Part shown: positions 46,134-56,783 of the stretch, in pieces
Layout of the letters: every line of letters begins with the position of its first letter
Position numbering within the stretch: the stretch's first letter is position 1
Assembly: GCA_965219575.1 (NCBI GenBank)
Contig: OZ244779.1
Coordinates: 332,769 to 396,768 of the forward strand
Length of the DNA: 64,000 bases
DNA from: Candidatus Oxydemutatoraceae bacterium
Lineage (GTDB): Bacteria; Pseudomonadota; Gammaproteobacteria; Poriferisulfidales; Oxydemutatoraceae
Direction: 5' to 3'
Program-made: the position numbers and the translations under genes
Notes under the pieces: model-generated
Database searches by the model: none
Told to the model about the DNA's origin: nothing
Seen by the model: the letters and a program-made list of their open reading frames with translations, nothing else

Positions 46134-46628
46134 TCAGCTATCGATAACCTCTATGCGGAGCGGCGCGGGACCTCTGAGTTTAATATGTTGTCCTTCGCGC
46201 AAATCTACCGTTGTGCCGATGATGTCGGCACAAATCGGCATCTCTCTTCCGCCTCTGTCTATCATGATTGCCAAGCTGACGGTTGCGGCGCGTCCGTAAT
46301 CGGCAATTTCGTTCAGCGCAGCGCAGATCGTACGCCCGCTGTGTATCACATCGTCGACCAAAATAATGTGCCGGTCGTCAAGGTTCGTATTGATTGCCGA
46401 AGGTTTAACCTGCGGGAAAGAGCTTATCCTACTAAAGTCGTCTCTATAAAAATTAATATCCAGCAGTCCCATAGGTTCGTTGATTTTCAGTTGCTTGTGG
46501 ATGCGTTCGGCAACCCAAACCCCGCCGCTGCGTATTCCCAAAATAATCGGGTCGTCTAATTGTCGGTGCGCTATCAAATGCCGTAATTGTTCCGACATCT
46601 CTGCTATCAGTTTTTCCGGTTCCTTCAT
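46134..46628 (-). CDS. pyrR: PyrR-like regulator / uracil phosphoribosyltransferase
   Basis: LDINFYRDD, ILVDDV..SGRT, DRGGREMPI. Confidence 0.9.
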   Translation of the reverse strand: MKEPEKLIAEMSEQLRHLIAHRQLDDPIILGIRSGGVWVAERIHKQLKINEPMGLLDINFYRDDFSRISSFPQVKPSAINTNLDDRHIILVDDVIHSGRTICAALNEIADYGRAATVSLAIMIDRGGREMPICADIIGTTVDLREGQHIKLRGPAPLRIEVIDS

Positions 46629-46636
46629 TCTGTCAT

Positions 46637-47104
46637 TTAACGGGTTGTCGTTTGCTGCGCCTCAAACCAGCTTTCCAATATCAAGGCGGCAGCAACTTTG
46701 TCAATGTCCGAGCGTGCTATTCTACCAATTTCTCCTGCCGATCTTTGTTTTTTTAGTCTATGGTATGCTTCTAACGAGCTCAGGTATTCGTTGCCCTTGT
46801 CTACCGGCAGGCTAAAGTGCCGACCTAATCGGTTTATAAATCGGTTCAACTGATTCAGCAGTTCGGGCGGTGAGTCGGAATCGGGATAACCGACTACGAA
46901 GCGGCACGGTTGCCAAATTTGACATATTTTGTCTATCGCTTGCCAGTCGGCTTGACCCGCCTTGCACGCAATAGTCTGCAAGGGTTGCGCGGTTGCCGTT
47001 TTGATATTGCCTACCGCACTACCGATATACTTCAGCCCGTAATCAAAAGCAATCACATGTTCCGACGATACCGCTGCATCCCGTTTTGTCTGTTTATCGT
47101 CCAT
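46637..47104 (-). CDS. ruvX: YqgF/RuvX nuclease
   Basis: AFDYG.K.IG.AVG, VVGYP, E.LSS.EA, D..AAALILE. Confidence 0.88.
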   Translation of the reverse strand: MDDKQTKRDAAVSSEHVIAFDYGLKYIGSAVGNIKTATAQPLQTIACKAGQADWQAIDKICQIWQPCRFVVGYPDSDSPPELLNQLNRFINRLGRHFSLPVDKGNEYLSSLEAYHRLKKQRSAGEIGRIARSDIDKVAAALILESWFEAQQTTTR

Positions 47105-48078
47105 TAAACTTGGGACACTAGACGTTTTTCAATCGCATCGATGACATCGCTGCCGATGTCCAATGCGTATGCTTGGTTGATTTCCCTAACACAGGTAGGG
47201 CTTGTGATGTTGATCTCGGTTAAATAACCGGCAACCAAATCGATACCCACAAACAATAAGTCCAATTCTCGCAGGCGCGGGGTGATGCGCTCGCAAACCG
47301 CATAGTCGTGGTCGTTCAATGCCACAGCAACACCCTTGCCTCCGGCAGCCAAATTAGCTCTGAACTCGCCTTGTTGAGGCAGCCGGTTGAGGCCGTACGG
47401 CACCGGCGTGCCGTCTATCAATAGTACACGCTTATCGCCCTCGCTATAATTCGGGATCAACCCTTGGATTAGGAGGGTTTTTTGTCCATCGCAAAGCATC
47501 GTTTTGAGCAACTCGGACACACCGTCGTCGTTTCGGTTGACTCTGCATACCGAAGCCCCGCCCATTTCGTTCAGCGGTTTGACGACCGCTTGAGGATGCA
47601 ACTCTAAAAAGTTTAGTAAATCGTCCAATGAATTGCCGACTAAGGTCGGCGGTCCTAAATCGGAGAATTCCTGAGCGAGTATTTTCTCGTTGACCGACAG
47701 CAGACTACGCGGCGGGTTATACACCAATGTGCCGGCACGCTCGGCAAACATCAATATGTGGCAGGTATATAGAAACTCGGTGTCCACCGGCGGGTCGGAG
47801 CGCATTAATATCACATCCAGTTCGGATAAATCGATGTCTTTGGATGCCGACACTTCAAACCAGTGCCTCTGGTCTAGAGAGACCTTTAGACCTCGCGCAT
47901 GCCCCCTTGCCCGACCTTGATACAAATGCAGGTCTTCGGATTCAAAATAATAGAGTTGCCAACCTTTTCTTTGCGCAGCCTCCAGCAAGCATAGGGTGGT
48001 GTCTTTGAGCGGATTTATCTCGGCAATCGGGTTCATTACGACCCCTAGAGAAACCGACCGATCGTTTGAGTGATTCAT
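47104..48078 (-). CDS. gshB: Glutathione synthetase
   Basis: KDTT, MRSDPP, NEK, GDKR, RANLAAGG, EINITSPT; start placed at ATG 48078 (uncertain). Confidence 0.93.
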   Translation of the reverse strand: MNHSNDRSVSLGVVMNPIAEINPLKDTTLCLLEAAQRKGWQLYYFESEDLHLYQGRARGHARGLKVSLDQRHWFEVSASKDIDLSELDVILMRSDPPVDTEFLYTCHILMFAERAGTLVYNPPRSLLSVNEKILAQEFSDLGPPTLVGNSLDDLLNFLELHPQAVVKPLNEMGGASVCRVNRNDDGVSELLKTMLCDGQKTLLIQGLIPNYSEGDKRVLLIDGTPVPYGLNRLPQQGEFRANLAAGGKGVAVALNDHDYAVCERITPRLRELDLLFVGIDLVAGYLTEINITSPTCVREINQAYALDIGSDVIDAIEKRLVSQV

Positions 48079-48244
48079 AAAGAAAATAAGGCAAATGTCA
48101 TGCGTGCTTTGAAATTCCAATCATATAACATCATATGCTCAACTACAAGCGATATAATGTCGGACACACATAGTACAATGACATATTTCTAAACAATATC
48201 GGGAGAAACTGCTACACCAAGCATGCGCAAGTACAAGGAGAACA

Positions 48245-48880
48245 ATGTATAGGGTTGATAGAAACAACTTTTATCGGCAACCGAAAAAGGCAACAATATA
48301 CACGCCTGCCGGTGTGAGTCAATTCATTTATGATATCGTCTCGGACAAAATAGATACAACGAAGCCGGTATTAGATCCGTGTGTGGGCAGTGGTTCACTG
48401 CTGAAACCTTTCCAACAAAACGGATTTGAGGTGATCGGTATTGATATTGAATATCAGGGTTTCCCGAAGACAGAAGTAAGAAACTACTTGAATATTCAAA
48501 AAGGCGAGATCGAAACGCCCGGTTTAGTAATAATGAATCCGCCTTTTAATATAGACAAAAAAACCAAGCAATATATAACGGCGCATTATGGTGGGCGACC
48601 CCTACTCCCCGAAGTGTGGCTACAAAAAGCCATAGAATTGTTCGGAAAAGATATACCGATTGTATTATTCACACCCTACGGATTGCGGCTTAATCAAATG
48701 GTGACAAGTCGCCGTTGGCAGAAGTTTGTATGCGGCGAATACCCGGAAATTAAATCTATCATCAGCCTACCGAAAGATATTTTTGATAGTATCCTATTTC
48801 ATAGCGAAATCCTAATATTCAACATCGAAGGATTGAAAGGACACTATTTTTATCACGACGGCAAGCCCCTGAAACATTAA
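48245..48880 (+). CDS. Small solitary amino (N6-adenine-type) DNA methyltransferase
   Basis: IYTP, LDPCVGSGSL (motif I) before MNPPFN (motif IV); AAGGAG RBS. Confidence 0.8.
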   Translation: MYRVDRNNFYRQPKKATIYTPAGVSQFIYDIVSDKIDTTKPVLDPCVGSGSLLKPFQQNGFEVIGIDIEYQGFPKTEVRNYLNIQKGEIETPGLVIMNPPFNIDKKTKQYITAHYGGRPLLPEVWLQKAIELFGKDIPIVLFTPYGLRLNQMVTSRRWQKFVCGEYPEIKSIISLPKDIFDSILFHSEILIFNIEGLKGHYFYHDGKPLKH

Positions 48881-49065
48881 AAAGGGTGTATAGTGTTTTG
48901 AGATTGTAAAGTAAGATAGTTTTTATTTTTGAGTGAACATGATGTCTGACATAGCCTTGATGTATCCCATGAATAATCATACTACTATTTGGATGGCCTG
49001 TATTGGTTTGGCAATCGCTAGAGCAGTTAAGTATTTGTTTAGCACTAAATTTAGGGAGAATGGAA

Positions 49066-52000
49066 ATGCCTGATGGAATAAATCCCGATGAAGTAAATAG
49101 GGTTGTCTACCTTATTCAATATCTGCAAAGGCTGGCAACTCTTCGCACGAGGCCGGTCCGGGATGTCCGCACATACGAAAGGAAAGGGAAAGTGCTTTGG
49201 TTATCGGACTGTCCGCATGAGCAGGGAGTCTTCACACAGGCATGGGGAAACGATGAGGCACACAGTCAAGACAAATGGCTGGAAGTGCAAAACCAATCGA
49301 AACCGGAATTGCCTGCCGTTCCGGATGAATGTGAGGACTGGGTGAACCCTGAAGCCCTTCTGGACAATAATAATCTACCGGAACAACCGGAATTGCCTAC
49401 CGTTCCGGTTCAATGTAAGAAATGGGTAAATCTTGAAGCTCTCTGGGACACAAATGAGCCGCCTAAACTTCAGACAAAGATTACCCGGCAAATCCCGAAT
49501 CCCGACTGGCACGAGGATTCAGATCAGCCGGAAACTATCCCGAAAACCGAACATCTTAAGGATTATCCCAAAGTTGAGCAGGAATGGGATCGCTATATCC
49601 AAGACGAATGGTTGCCATGGACGGAAGAATATAATGAGTGGAAGATAGACTACATGCCTAAACTTTTGCCGGAAATTACTCGACAAATCCCAAATCCTGA
49701 TTGGCACGAGGATTCAGATCAGCCGGAAACTATCCCGAAAACCGAACATCTTAACGACTATCCCGAAGTTGAGCAGGAATGGGATCGCTATATCCAAGAC
49801 GAATGGTTGCCGTGGACAACACAACATAATGCATGGAAGAAAGTCCACGAGGTTTATTCCAAGCTCTTTGCTATCCGTCAGATACAACTTCGGTCTGATG
49901 AAGAATACGAACTTGTGCTTGGCGTGGGCCTGCTGACCTGGCAAACACCTAATAATCAGCACGTCCGTCGTCATCTGGTTGTTGCCGATGCCTTCTTGGA
50001 GTTTGAAGCCCACTTAGGAAAATTTACCGTCCGCCCTTCCACATCAGGTGCTAGACTACGTCTTGAACTAGATATGTTGGAGGAACAACCGGCACTAGCG
50101 GAGGGAGAAGCAAGAGGATTACTGGAACAAGCCGAAGACAATCCATGGAAAGGAGACCATGTTGAAGCCGCACTTCAAGCTCTGAGAAATACAATTCACC
50201 CGCAAGGCGAAGTGGAATATACTCCTGCCCTGATCCTGCGCCAGCGTCATGTCATAGGCCTTACCGAGACCTTAAGCCGAATCGGAGAGCAAATTGAGAA
50301 CAACGGAGTCATTCCTAGCGAATTCGCAAGACTTGCAGAAATCCAACCACAGAATGAACCTGATCTAGGCAATGAGCAGGGAGAGGCAAACGCTGCTTTC
50401 GATAACGCTAATTTTGATAGTGAGGTTTTCTTCCCCTTGCCATCAAATGATGAACAGCGTCGCATAGTGGGCAAAATATGAGAGTCAAACGGCGTGCTTG
50501 TAAAGGGTCCCCCCGGCACCGGGAAATCCCATACTATTGCTAACTTGATCTGCCATCTGCTTGCTAAGGGAGAGCGAATACTCATCACTGCCAAAAAACC
50601 ACGAGCACTTCAGGTGCTTCAAGGGCTTCTGCCCGAAGAGTTACGGCCTCTCTGCATTAGTCTGCTGGGCAACGGACCTGAAGAACGCCGCGCGCTCGAG
50701 GCAAGCGTCAATGGTATTCTTAATCAGAGGGAAAATTGGGAAAGCGATCTTGCTGAGCAACAGCTTAACGACAGAGAACATAACTTGCGCACTCTTAAGG
50801 ATAAGAAAGCCGAAATCGACCTGCGGATCCGTGCCATCCGGGAGTCCGAAACGCATCCACATACTATTGCGGAAGGTGCCTATCGAGGAACGGCGGCGAG
50901 AATTGCTCAAGCGGTGAACCGGGATCGTGCCAAATACAATTGGTTCAAAGATGATGTTCGCTGGGACGAGAATTGGCCACGTTGGATTTCCACCAACCAT
51001 TTACAAAGCGTACTTGCGGCGTTGCGCCGATTCACGCTGGAGATGCGAGAAGAACTGAGGCTTGCATGGCTCCAAACTTTGCCATCTGCTGAGTACTTTG
51101 CCAATCTTGTGCAGAATGAGAGAAGCGCAATCCAAGAAGAGCAAAGTGTGGCGGATGGAGCCGATGAACAACTTGCCGATCTGTTGGGAACAGACGACCC
51201 TCCGGTCGTTAAGGCGATTCGCAACGCTTTCTCATCTCTGCGGGACGCTCGTAAAAGACTTTCCGCGTCACCGTTTTCGTGGATGAATAATGCTGTGCAT
51301 GATGTTCTGGGTGGCAACTTGCGTCTGTGGCATGAAATCCTGCGTGTCACAGGCGATGTCGTTAACTCAGTTGAAAACCTCGTTGCGACTGCCGACGAGA
51401 CCACTATTGAATTCCCTGATACCCGCAACATTATATTGTTGCGCGACGATGCCCGAACACTGAAAGAGCATATAGAAAATGGTGGGAAGCTGGGCTGGGG
51501 ACCATTTCGGCCCAAACCGGTGAGAGATCGGCTGTACGTCATCAAGGATGTAAAGATTAATGGACACCCATGCTCTACGGTTGAGCATTTCACAAGCCTT
51601 GCCTATGCGCTATATGTTCGTATTGAATGTGAAAAAGCATGGGACTCCTGGGAAGGGCAAATTGAAGGGGTTGAAAAGAAGTATGCTTTTCAGTTGGTTA
51701 AACTGAAAGACTTGCGTGATGCACTTGAAGATGCCTTGGCATTAGAAGAGCGCATTGCCGAGTGTAGTGAAGCGATAAACCAATGTGCCGGCATAGTCGA
51801 ACCTACATGGGCGGACAAAGACCAAATTGAAAAGATCATCTCCTCGTGCCGCCTGGCTTTAGCTCGTAATAACAAGCAGCGTGCCAGTGAGGAGATTAAT
51901 CGCATTGAGAATTCCATTGCTCAGGTAGTCTCCGAAGAAGGTGTTTATCAGGTGACAAACAATTTGCTGAATGCCATTCGCAGCCGCAACACGGACGAGT

Positions 52001-54156
52001 TTACTCGGTGCGCGAACATGATTCAGGATTTTCAGAAGATAGACGAATCCCTCTCACAACTACGAGATGTACTTCCTCAGTTCACAACATCTATGGAGCA
52101 AACCTGGAACGAGGCTCATTGGGAGGAGCGAATCGAACACATTGGTGATGCCTGGCACTGGAGACAGGCGCGACACTGGATAGAAGATTACATTTACAAG
52201 GGAGATGTCCCTGCACTCAACACGCGTGCCAAACAAATTGAGGATGATATAAAAAACACCATTGCCGAGCTTGCCTCCCTTAACGCTTGGTCACACTGTT
52301 TCTCTCTCCCTGACCCTCGGCTTCAAGAGCATCATTGTCAGCACATGGTAGCCTGGCAGCAAGCCATGGGGCTGTTCGGGGCAGGGCAAGGAATACATGC
52401 AGCCCACCATCTTCACGTGGCTCAAAGGCATCTGAATCAATGTCGTGAGGCAGTTCCGGCGTGGGTGATGCCACTGCATCGCGTTTGGGACACGGTGACA
52501 CCCGCTCCCGAAATATTTGATGTGGTTATTGTTGACGAGGCTTCGCAATGTGGCATTGAAGCACTTCCTTTGTTCTATCTTGCCAAAAAGATAGTGATTG
52601 TCGGTGACGACAAGCAGATCAGCCCGGATACCGTTGGCCTAGACCAGGGCGAGGTACATCATCTTATGGCAGAGTTCCTTCATGATGTCGAATTTGGGGA
52701 CATGTTCCATATTAGGACTAGCCTGTTCGATCACGGGAGACGCCTGTATGCAGGTCGTCAAATTACATTGCGTGAGCACTTCCGTTGTATGCCGGAGATT
52801 ATCCGTTTCAGCAACGAACTTTGCTATGCGGATACATGGTTGATTCCGTTGAGGCAATATGGTTCGGACCGGCTACCGCCACTTGAGCATGTTTTTGTAG
52901 GCAACGGGTATGCTGAGGAGATACACGTACAGAAGATTAACCGACCGGAAGCCGAGAGAGTCGTCGAAAAAATCGCTGAAATATGTGACAACGAGCAGTA
53001 CGATGGCAAGACGATGGGTGTGATAGTACTTCAAGGAATAGAGCAAGCGAAGTTGATCGAGAGGCAATTACTTGAACATCTGGGAGCCGAGGTAATGGAA
53101 GAGCGACGCTTAGTCTGTGGCAATCCGTCCAGTTTCCAGGGTGATGAGAGAGATATCATGTTCCTGTCGCTTGTCGTAGCAAATAACCTAAATTTCAATG
53201 CACTCAGATCGGATACATATATAAGGCGATTCAATGTCGCTGCCAGCCGTGCTCGCGACCAGATGATTCTTTTCCACTCGGTCACCTGTGACAATCTCCT
53301 AGACCCAGACGACCTTCGGAGGAAGTTGCTTGATTTCTTCCAAAATACACAACCACAGCAGATTGCTGGTATCCCTTTGAACGAGCTGGAGCAGCTGGCG
53401 GCACAAGGTAATCAAGTGCATGGAGAGCAGCCCTCACCCTTTGAGAGCTGGTTTGAGGTTGATGTTGCCCTAGAGCTCCTTCACGCAAATTTCAGGGTAT
53501 TACCCCAGTACGAAGTCGCGGGCTACCGAATCGATCTGGTAGTCGATGGCGGACAGGCGCGACTGGCTGTTGAATGTGATGGCGATCGTTGGCACGGACC
53601 AGACCGTTACGATGCCGATATGCGACGCCAACGTCAGTTGGAGCGATGCGGTTGGGAATTCTTCCGGGTTAGAGCGTCGACATTCTACTTCAACAAAAAG
53701 AACGCGCTTGCCGGACTTTGGCCGGCACTGAAAGCCCGAGGCATTTTTCCAGGGTAGCGGGGTGGTACCGAGCCTCATGAAAACGACTCGGATAGAGACG
53801 GTTTGAATGATCGCAAAGATGCTACCGAAAATAAGAATGAAGATTGCTCATCCGTCGACTCGGAAAATGAAGGCAGTCAATCAGGTCACCCATTAGAGAC
53901 AATTCCGGCAATAGAAATTCAAAATGCTATCATTTCTGCCTTATTAAAGTGCCCTAATCGGTCGTGTACGTTGCAATCCGTGACCTCACGCGTCCTTAGA
54001 GAAATGACTGTGCGAACTCGTGGAGGACCTCGAGCAAAATTCGAAAAGAGAGTGATGCAGAGCGTTGATTATCTTGAAGAATGCGGCCGCATCGAAAAAT
54101 ATACATCAAAGAATCAAAGGATCAAGCTCATAAATTCAATGACACCAAGCGGCTAA
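49066..54156 (+). pseudogene. Large SF1 (UPF1/DNA2-like) helicase plus DUF559/Vsr-like nuclease; one reading frame broken by two in-frame stops
   Basis: ORF-track pieces 49003-50481, 50494-53757 and 53803-54156 share one frame, with TGA at 50479 and TAG at 53755. Motifs GPPGTGKS, DEASQ, VGDDKQ, FQGDE, NVAASRAR, YRIDLV..LAVECDG..WH. Confidence 0.8.
49303..49817 (+). repeat. Intragenic in-frame duplications (84-nt and 195-nt periods)
   Basis: CCGGAATTGCCT at 49303 and 49387; ITRQIPNPDWHEDSDQPETIPKTEHL...EWLPWT encoded at 49480 and 49675. Confidence 0.85.
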
Positions 54157-54354
54157 GGTTATGCAAAATATCACGCCACTTGTTTTTGATATACGAGAGG
54201 CTTACACAGGTATGTACCTGTACTCGCAAATATATCTTTTATAGTACAATCGGGCGTACGAGTACAGAGGAAAGTTTTCATGTCAAGTCATGATCGGCAA
54301 AGTTTAACGGTGGGATTATAATAGTAATTTACAGACAACAAAGGGAGATTAAAG

Positions 54355-54591
54355 TTGTTAGGAATAGCACTTTACAACGCATTAACAAAGCTAGGATTAA
54401 ACCATGAAGAAGCAAAGGAAGCAGTTGCAGATGTTGCGAGTACAAAGGATGTGGCAACTAAGACGGATATAGTGCGAATGGAAGGGGTTTTCAACGCGAG
54501 ATTAGCAAAGGTAGAAATCGAACTGAAAAATTTGCGATGGTTGATAGTGATAGTGGTAGGTATTGCCGTTGGAATAATCAAATATCTATAA
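54355..54591 (+). CDS. Small coiled-coil membrane-anchored protein, paralog 2
   Basis: IALYNAL..EAKEAVADVASTKDVATKTD plus TM; TTG start after the conserved leader TATAATAGTAATTTACAGACAACAAAGGGAG. Confidence 0.7.
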   Translation: MLGIALYNALTKLGLNHEEAKEAVADVASTKDVATKTDIVRMEGVFNARLAKVEIELKNLRWLIVIVVGIAVGIIKYL

Positions 54592-54674
54592 GGAAGTGGC
54601 AACGAAGTTGGATCTAGCAAAGTTTATCGGTGGGATTATAATAGTAATTTACAGACAACAAAGGGAGATTAAAT

Positions 54675-54914
54675 ATGTCAGAAATAGCACTTTATAACGC
54701 ATTTACGAAGTTAGGGCTAAGCCATGACGAAGCAAAGGAAGCAGTTGCGGATGTTGCGAGTACAAAGGATGTGGCAACGAAGGCAGACCTAAAAGAAGGG
54801 TTAGCAGAACTAAAGGCAGACAACAAAGCAATAAAATGGTTGTTAGGTTTATTAGTAGCGATAAATGTTGCTTTTATTGTGTCTGCTGTTAGTTTGCTGG
54901 TTAGGTTTTTATGA
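54675..54914 (+). CDS. Small coiled-coil membrane-anchored protein, paralog 3
   Basis: MSEIALY...ATKAD...KW.LGLL.AINVAFIVSAVSLLVRF; same leader. Confidence 0.75.
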   Translation: MSEIALYNAFTKLGLSHDEAKEAVADVASTKDVATKADLKEGLAELKADNKAIKWLLGLLVAINVAFIVSAVSLLVRFL

Positions 54915-55069
54915 GTAGGATTGCCGGCAAAGAAAACCAAAAAATAAACTAATTAGCAATAATAAAAAACCTGTTTGTAAAAAGCGGGAGGCTGTAGCAG
55001 GGAAACCGACTTTGCAGGTGGTCCTGAATGGGGTAACGTCAGTACTAGTGCTATACTGGTGCAACTTTT

Positions 55070-55422
55070 GGGGACTGTTGAAAAAGTGTGGACATTGCAC
55101 AAATCCAACCGCTGTGCGCCGTGAATATTCGCAAACCACCGTAGGGGCGGACTGGCATGTCCGCCCGTAACGCGTTGGCCGGCATGATTTATACATTCAT
55201 TCATCCAATTTATGGAAACCAAACCAAATGGCGCAAGCGGTTGAGTTTGTACAGAACGGCACTTAAGGGCAGACATGTAAGTCTGCCCCTACAACTCAGT
55301 GGTTATCGTAAATTTAATGGCGCAAGCGGTTACGGTTGCACGCTGACGATACTTTTTCAGCAGCCCCACTTTTGCAACCACCCCGTCAGGCGAAGCCTGT
55401 CACCCCTCCGAAGGAGGGGAAT
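55070..55422. repeat. Composite MITE/REP-like repeat (core 55070-55367) plus double hairpin
   Basis: GGGGACTGTTGAAAAAGT...TACTTTTTCAGCAGCCCC, two GTAG-type palindromes and the CACCCCGTCAGGCGAAGCCTG hairpin. Confidence 0.88.
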
Positions 55423-55427
55423 GTTAG

Positions 55428-56783
55428 TCACTTGCCGACGCAGAAGCGGGAAAAAATATCACCCAATAGTTCTTCGGTGCTGTATGCGCCGGTGATGTAT
55501 GCCAGTGCTTGTTGTGCGATGCGCAAGTTCTCGGCAATGATTTCCAGTTTTTGATCTTGCGCTGTTCCATCCTCCATAACGATTTCGGACAACGCTTTTT
55601 CAGCCGTATCCAATGCATCCAGATGCCGTCGGTTGGCAAAAAAAGTGCTACGCTCGGCATCCAAAAAGTCGCCTTGCACGATACGCGCCTTGATTTTCTG
55701 TTGTAGTGTTTCTATACCTTCGCCGGTTTTAGCCGATATCTGCACCTCTATTTCCGGATCGTCGACGGGTGTCGTGAGCAGATCTATTTTGTTAGATACC
55801 ACAAGAACGGGCTGGTCTGTGAATTGCTTTAGCATCGCTCGCTCGGCATCGTCGATTCCACTATGCGCATCCACCAACAGCAAAAGTAAATCGGATGTTT
55901 GCATTGCCAAGTGGGTGCGGCGCATACCTTCTTGTTCTACGGGGTCTACGGTTTCCCTAATGCCTGCGGTATCCGATATCCGAATCGGGATGCCACCGAT
56001 GACAATCTCTCGGCGTACTATATCCCTCGTGGTGCCGGGCTGTTCGTTGACGATCGCTTCCGCTCGCATTGCCAGTCTATTCAATAAGCTGGACTTGCCG
56101 ACATTCGCTTGACCGACGATTGCAAGCTCCGCGCCTTCATATAAACAAAGGCTTTGCCGACCTGCCGTTTTAACCCGACCAATCGTTTGGACGAGGTCTT
56201 GCAGCTGTCGTCTAAGCACTTGCCGGTCAAAGGTTTCTATATCCTCATCGGAGAAATCCAACTCCGCCTCTACCGGGATGCGCAATGCTTTTATGCGCTC
56301 GGCTATTTCTTCAAACCGAGCGGACATTTCTCCTTGCAAGGCGCGTTGTGCGCCGCGTGCGGCTTGACGGCTGGCACTATTGACCAAATCGGCAATCGCT
56401 TCCAACTGCACCAAATCGTATTTGTTGTTGAGAAAGGCGCGTTGGCTGAACTCTCCCGGTTGCGCAAGACGTGCGCCGAGCTGCAACACTCGTTCTAGTA
56501 TCAAGTCCAGCACGATCGGACTGCCGTGCGATTGCAGTTCCAAGACATCTTCTCCGGTGAAACTGGCAGGGGCTTTATACAAAATAGCGATGCCCTCGTC
56601 GATGATTTGACCTTGCGCGTCCATAAAGCGGCTGTAGCACGCGTTGCGTGGTTTTAATGTTGTATGCGTAATCCGTGATGCAATCTCAACCGAGGCTTTG
56701 CCGCTAACCCGCACAACCCCTATGCCGGCCTTGCCCGAGGCGGTTGCGACTGCGGCTATGGTGTCGCCGTCTTTAAGGTTCAT
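55428..56783 (-). CDS. mnmE: tRNA modification GTPase MnmE
   Basis: DTIAAVAT, SFTGEDV.E, G.ANVGKSS, PGTTRD, DTAG, NKID, FCVGK. Confidence 0.96.
   Translation of the reverse strand: MNLKDGDTIAAVATASGKAGIGVVRVSGKASVEIASRITHTTLKPRNACYSRFMDAQGQIIDEGIAILYKAPASFTGEDVLELQSHGSPIVLDLILERVLQLGARLAQPGEFSQRAFLNNKYDLVQLEAIADLVNSASRQAARGAQRALQGEMSARFEEIAERIKALRIPVEAELDFSDEDIETFDRQVLRRQLQDLVQTIGRVKTAGRQSLCLYEGAELAIVGQANVGKSSLLNRLAMRAEAIVNEQPGTTRDIVRREIVIGGIPIRISDTAGIRETVDPVEQEGMRRTHLAMQTSDLLLLLVDAHSGIDDAERAMLKQFTDQPVLVVSNKIDLLTTPVDDPEIEVQISAKTGEGIETLQQKIKARIVQGDFLDAERSTFFANRRHLDALDTAEKALSEIVMEDGTAQDQKLEIIAENLRIAQQALAYITGAYSTEELLGDIFSRFCVGK

Noticed and set aside
50479-53757. Genome-wide stop-codon reassignment
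   Set aside because: TGA and TAG terminate conserved genes normally in this window (e.g. ubiE TGA, uvrD TAG)
54372-54940. Antisense ORFs over the coiled-coil paralogs (also 29668, 59416 and 60028)
   Set aside because: The sense strand has the promoter, SD and conserved start; the antisense frames are open only because of codon bias
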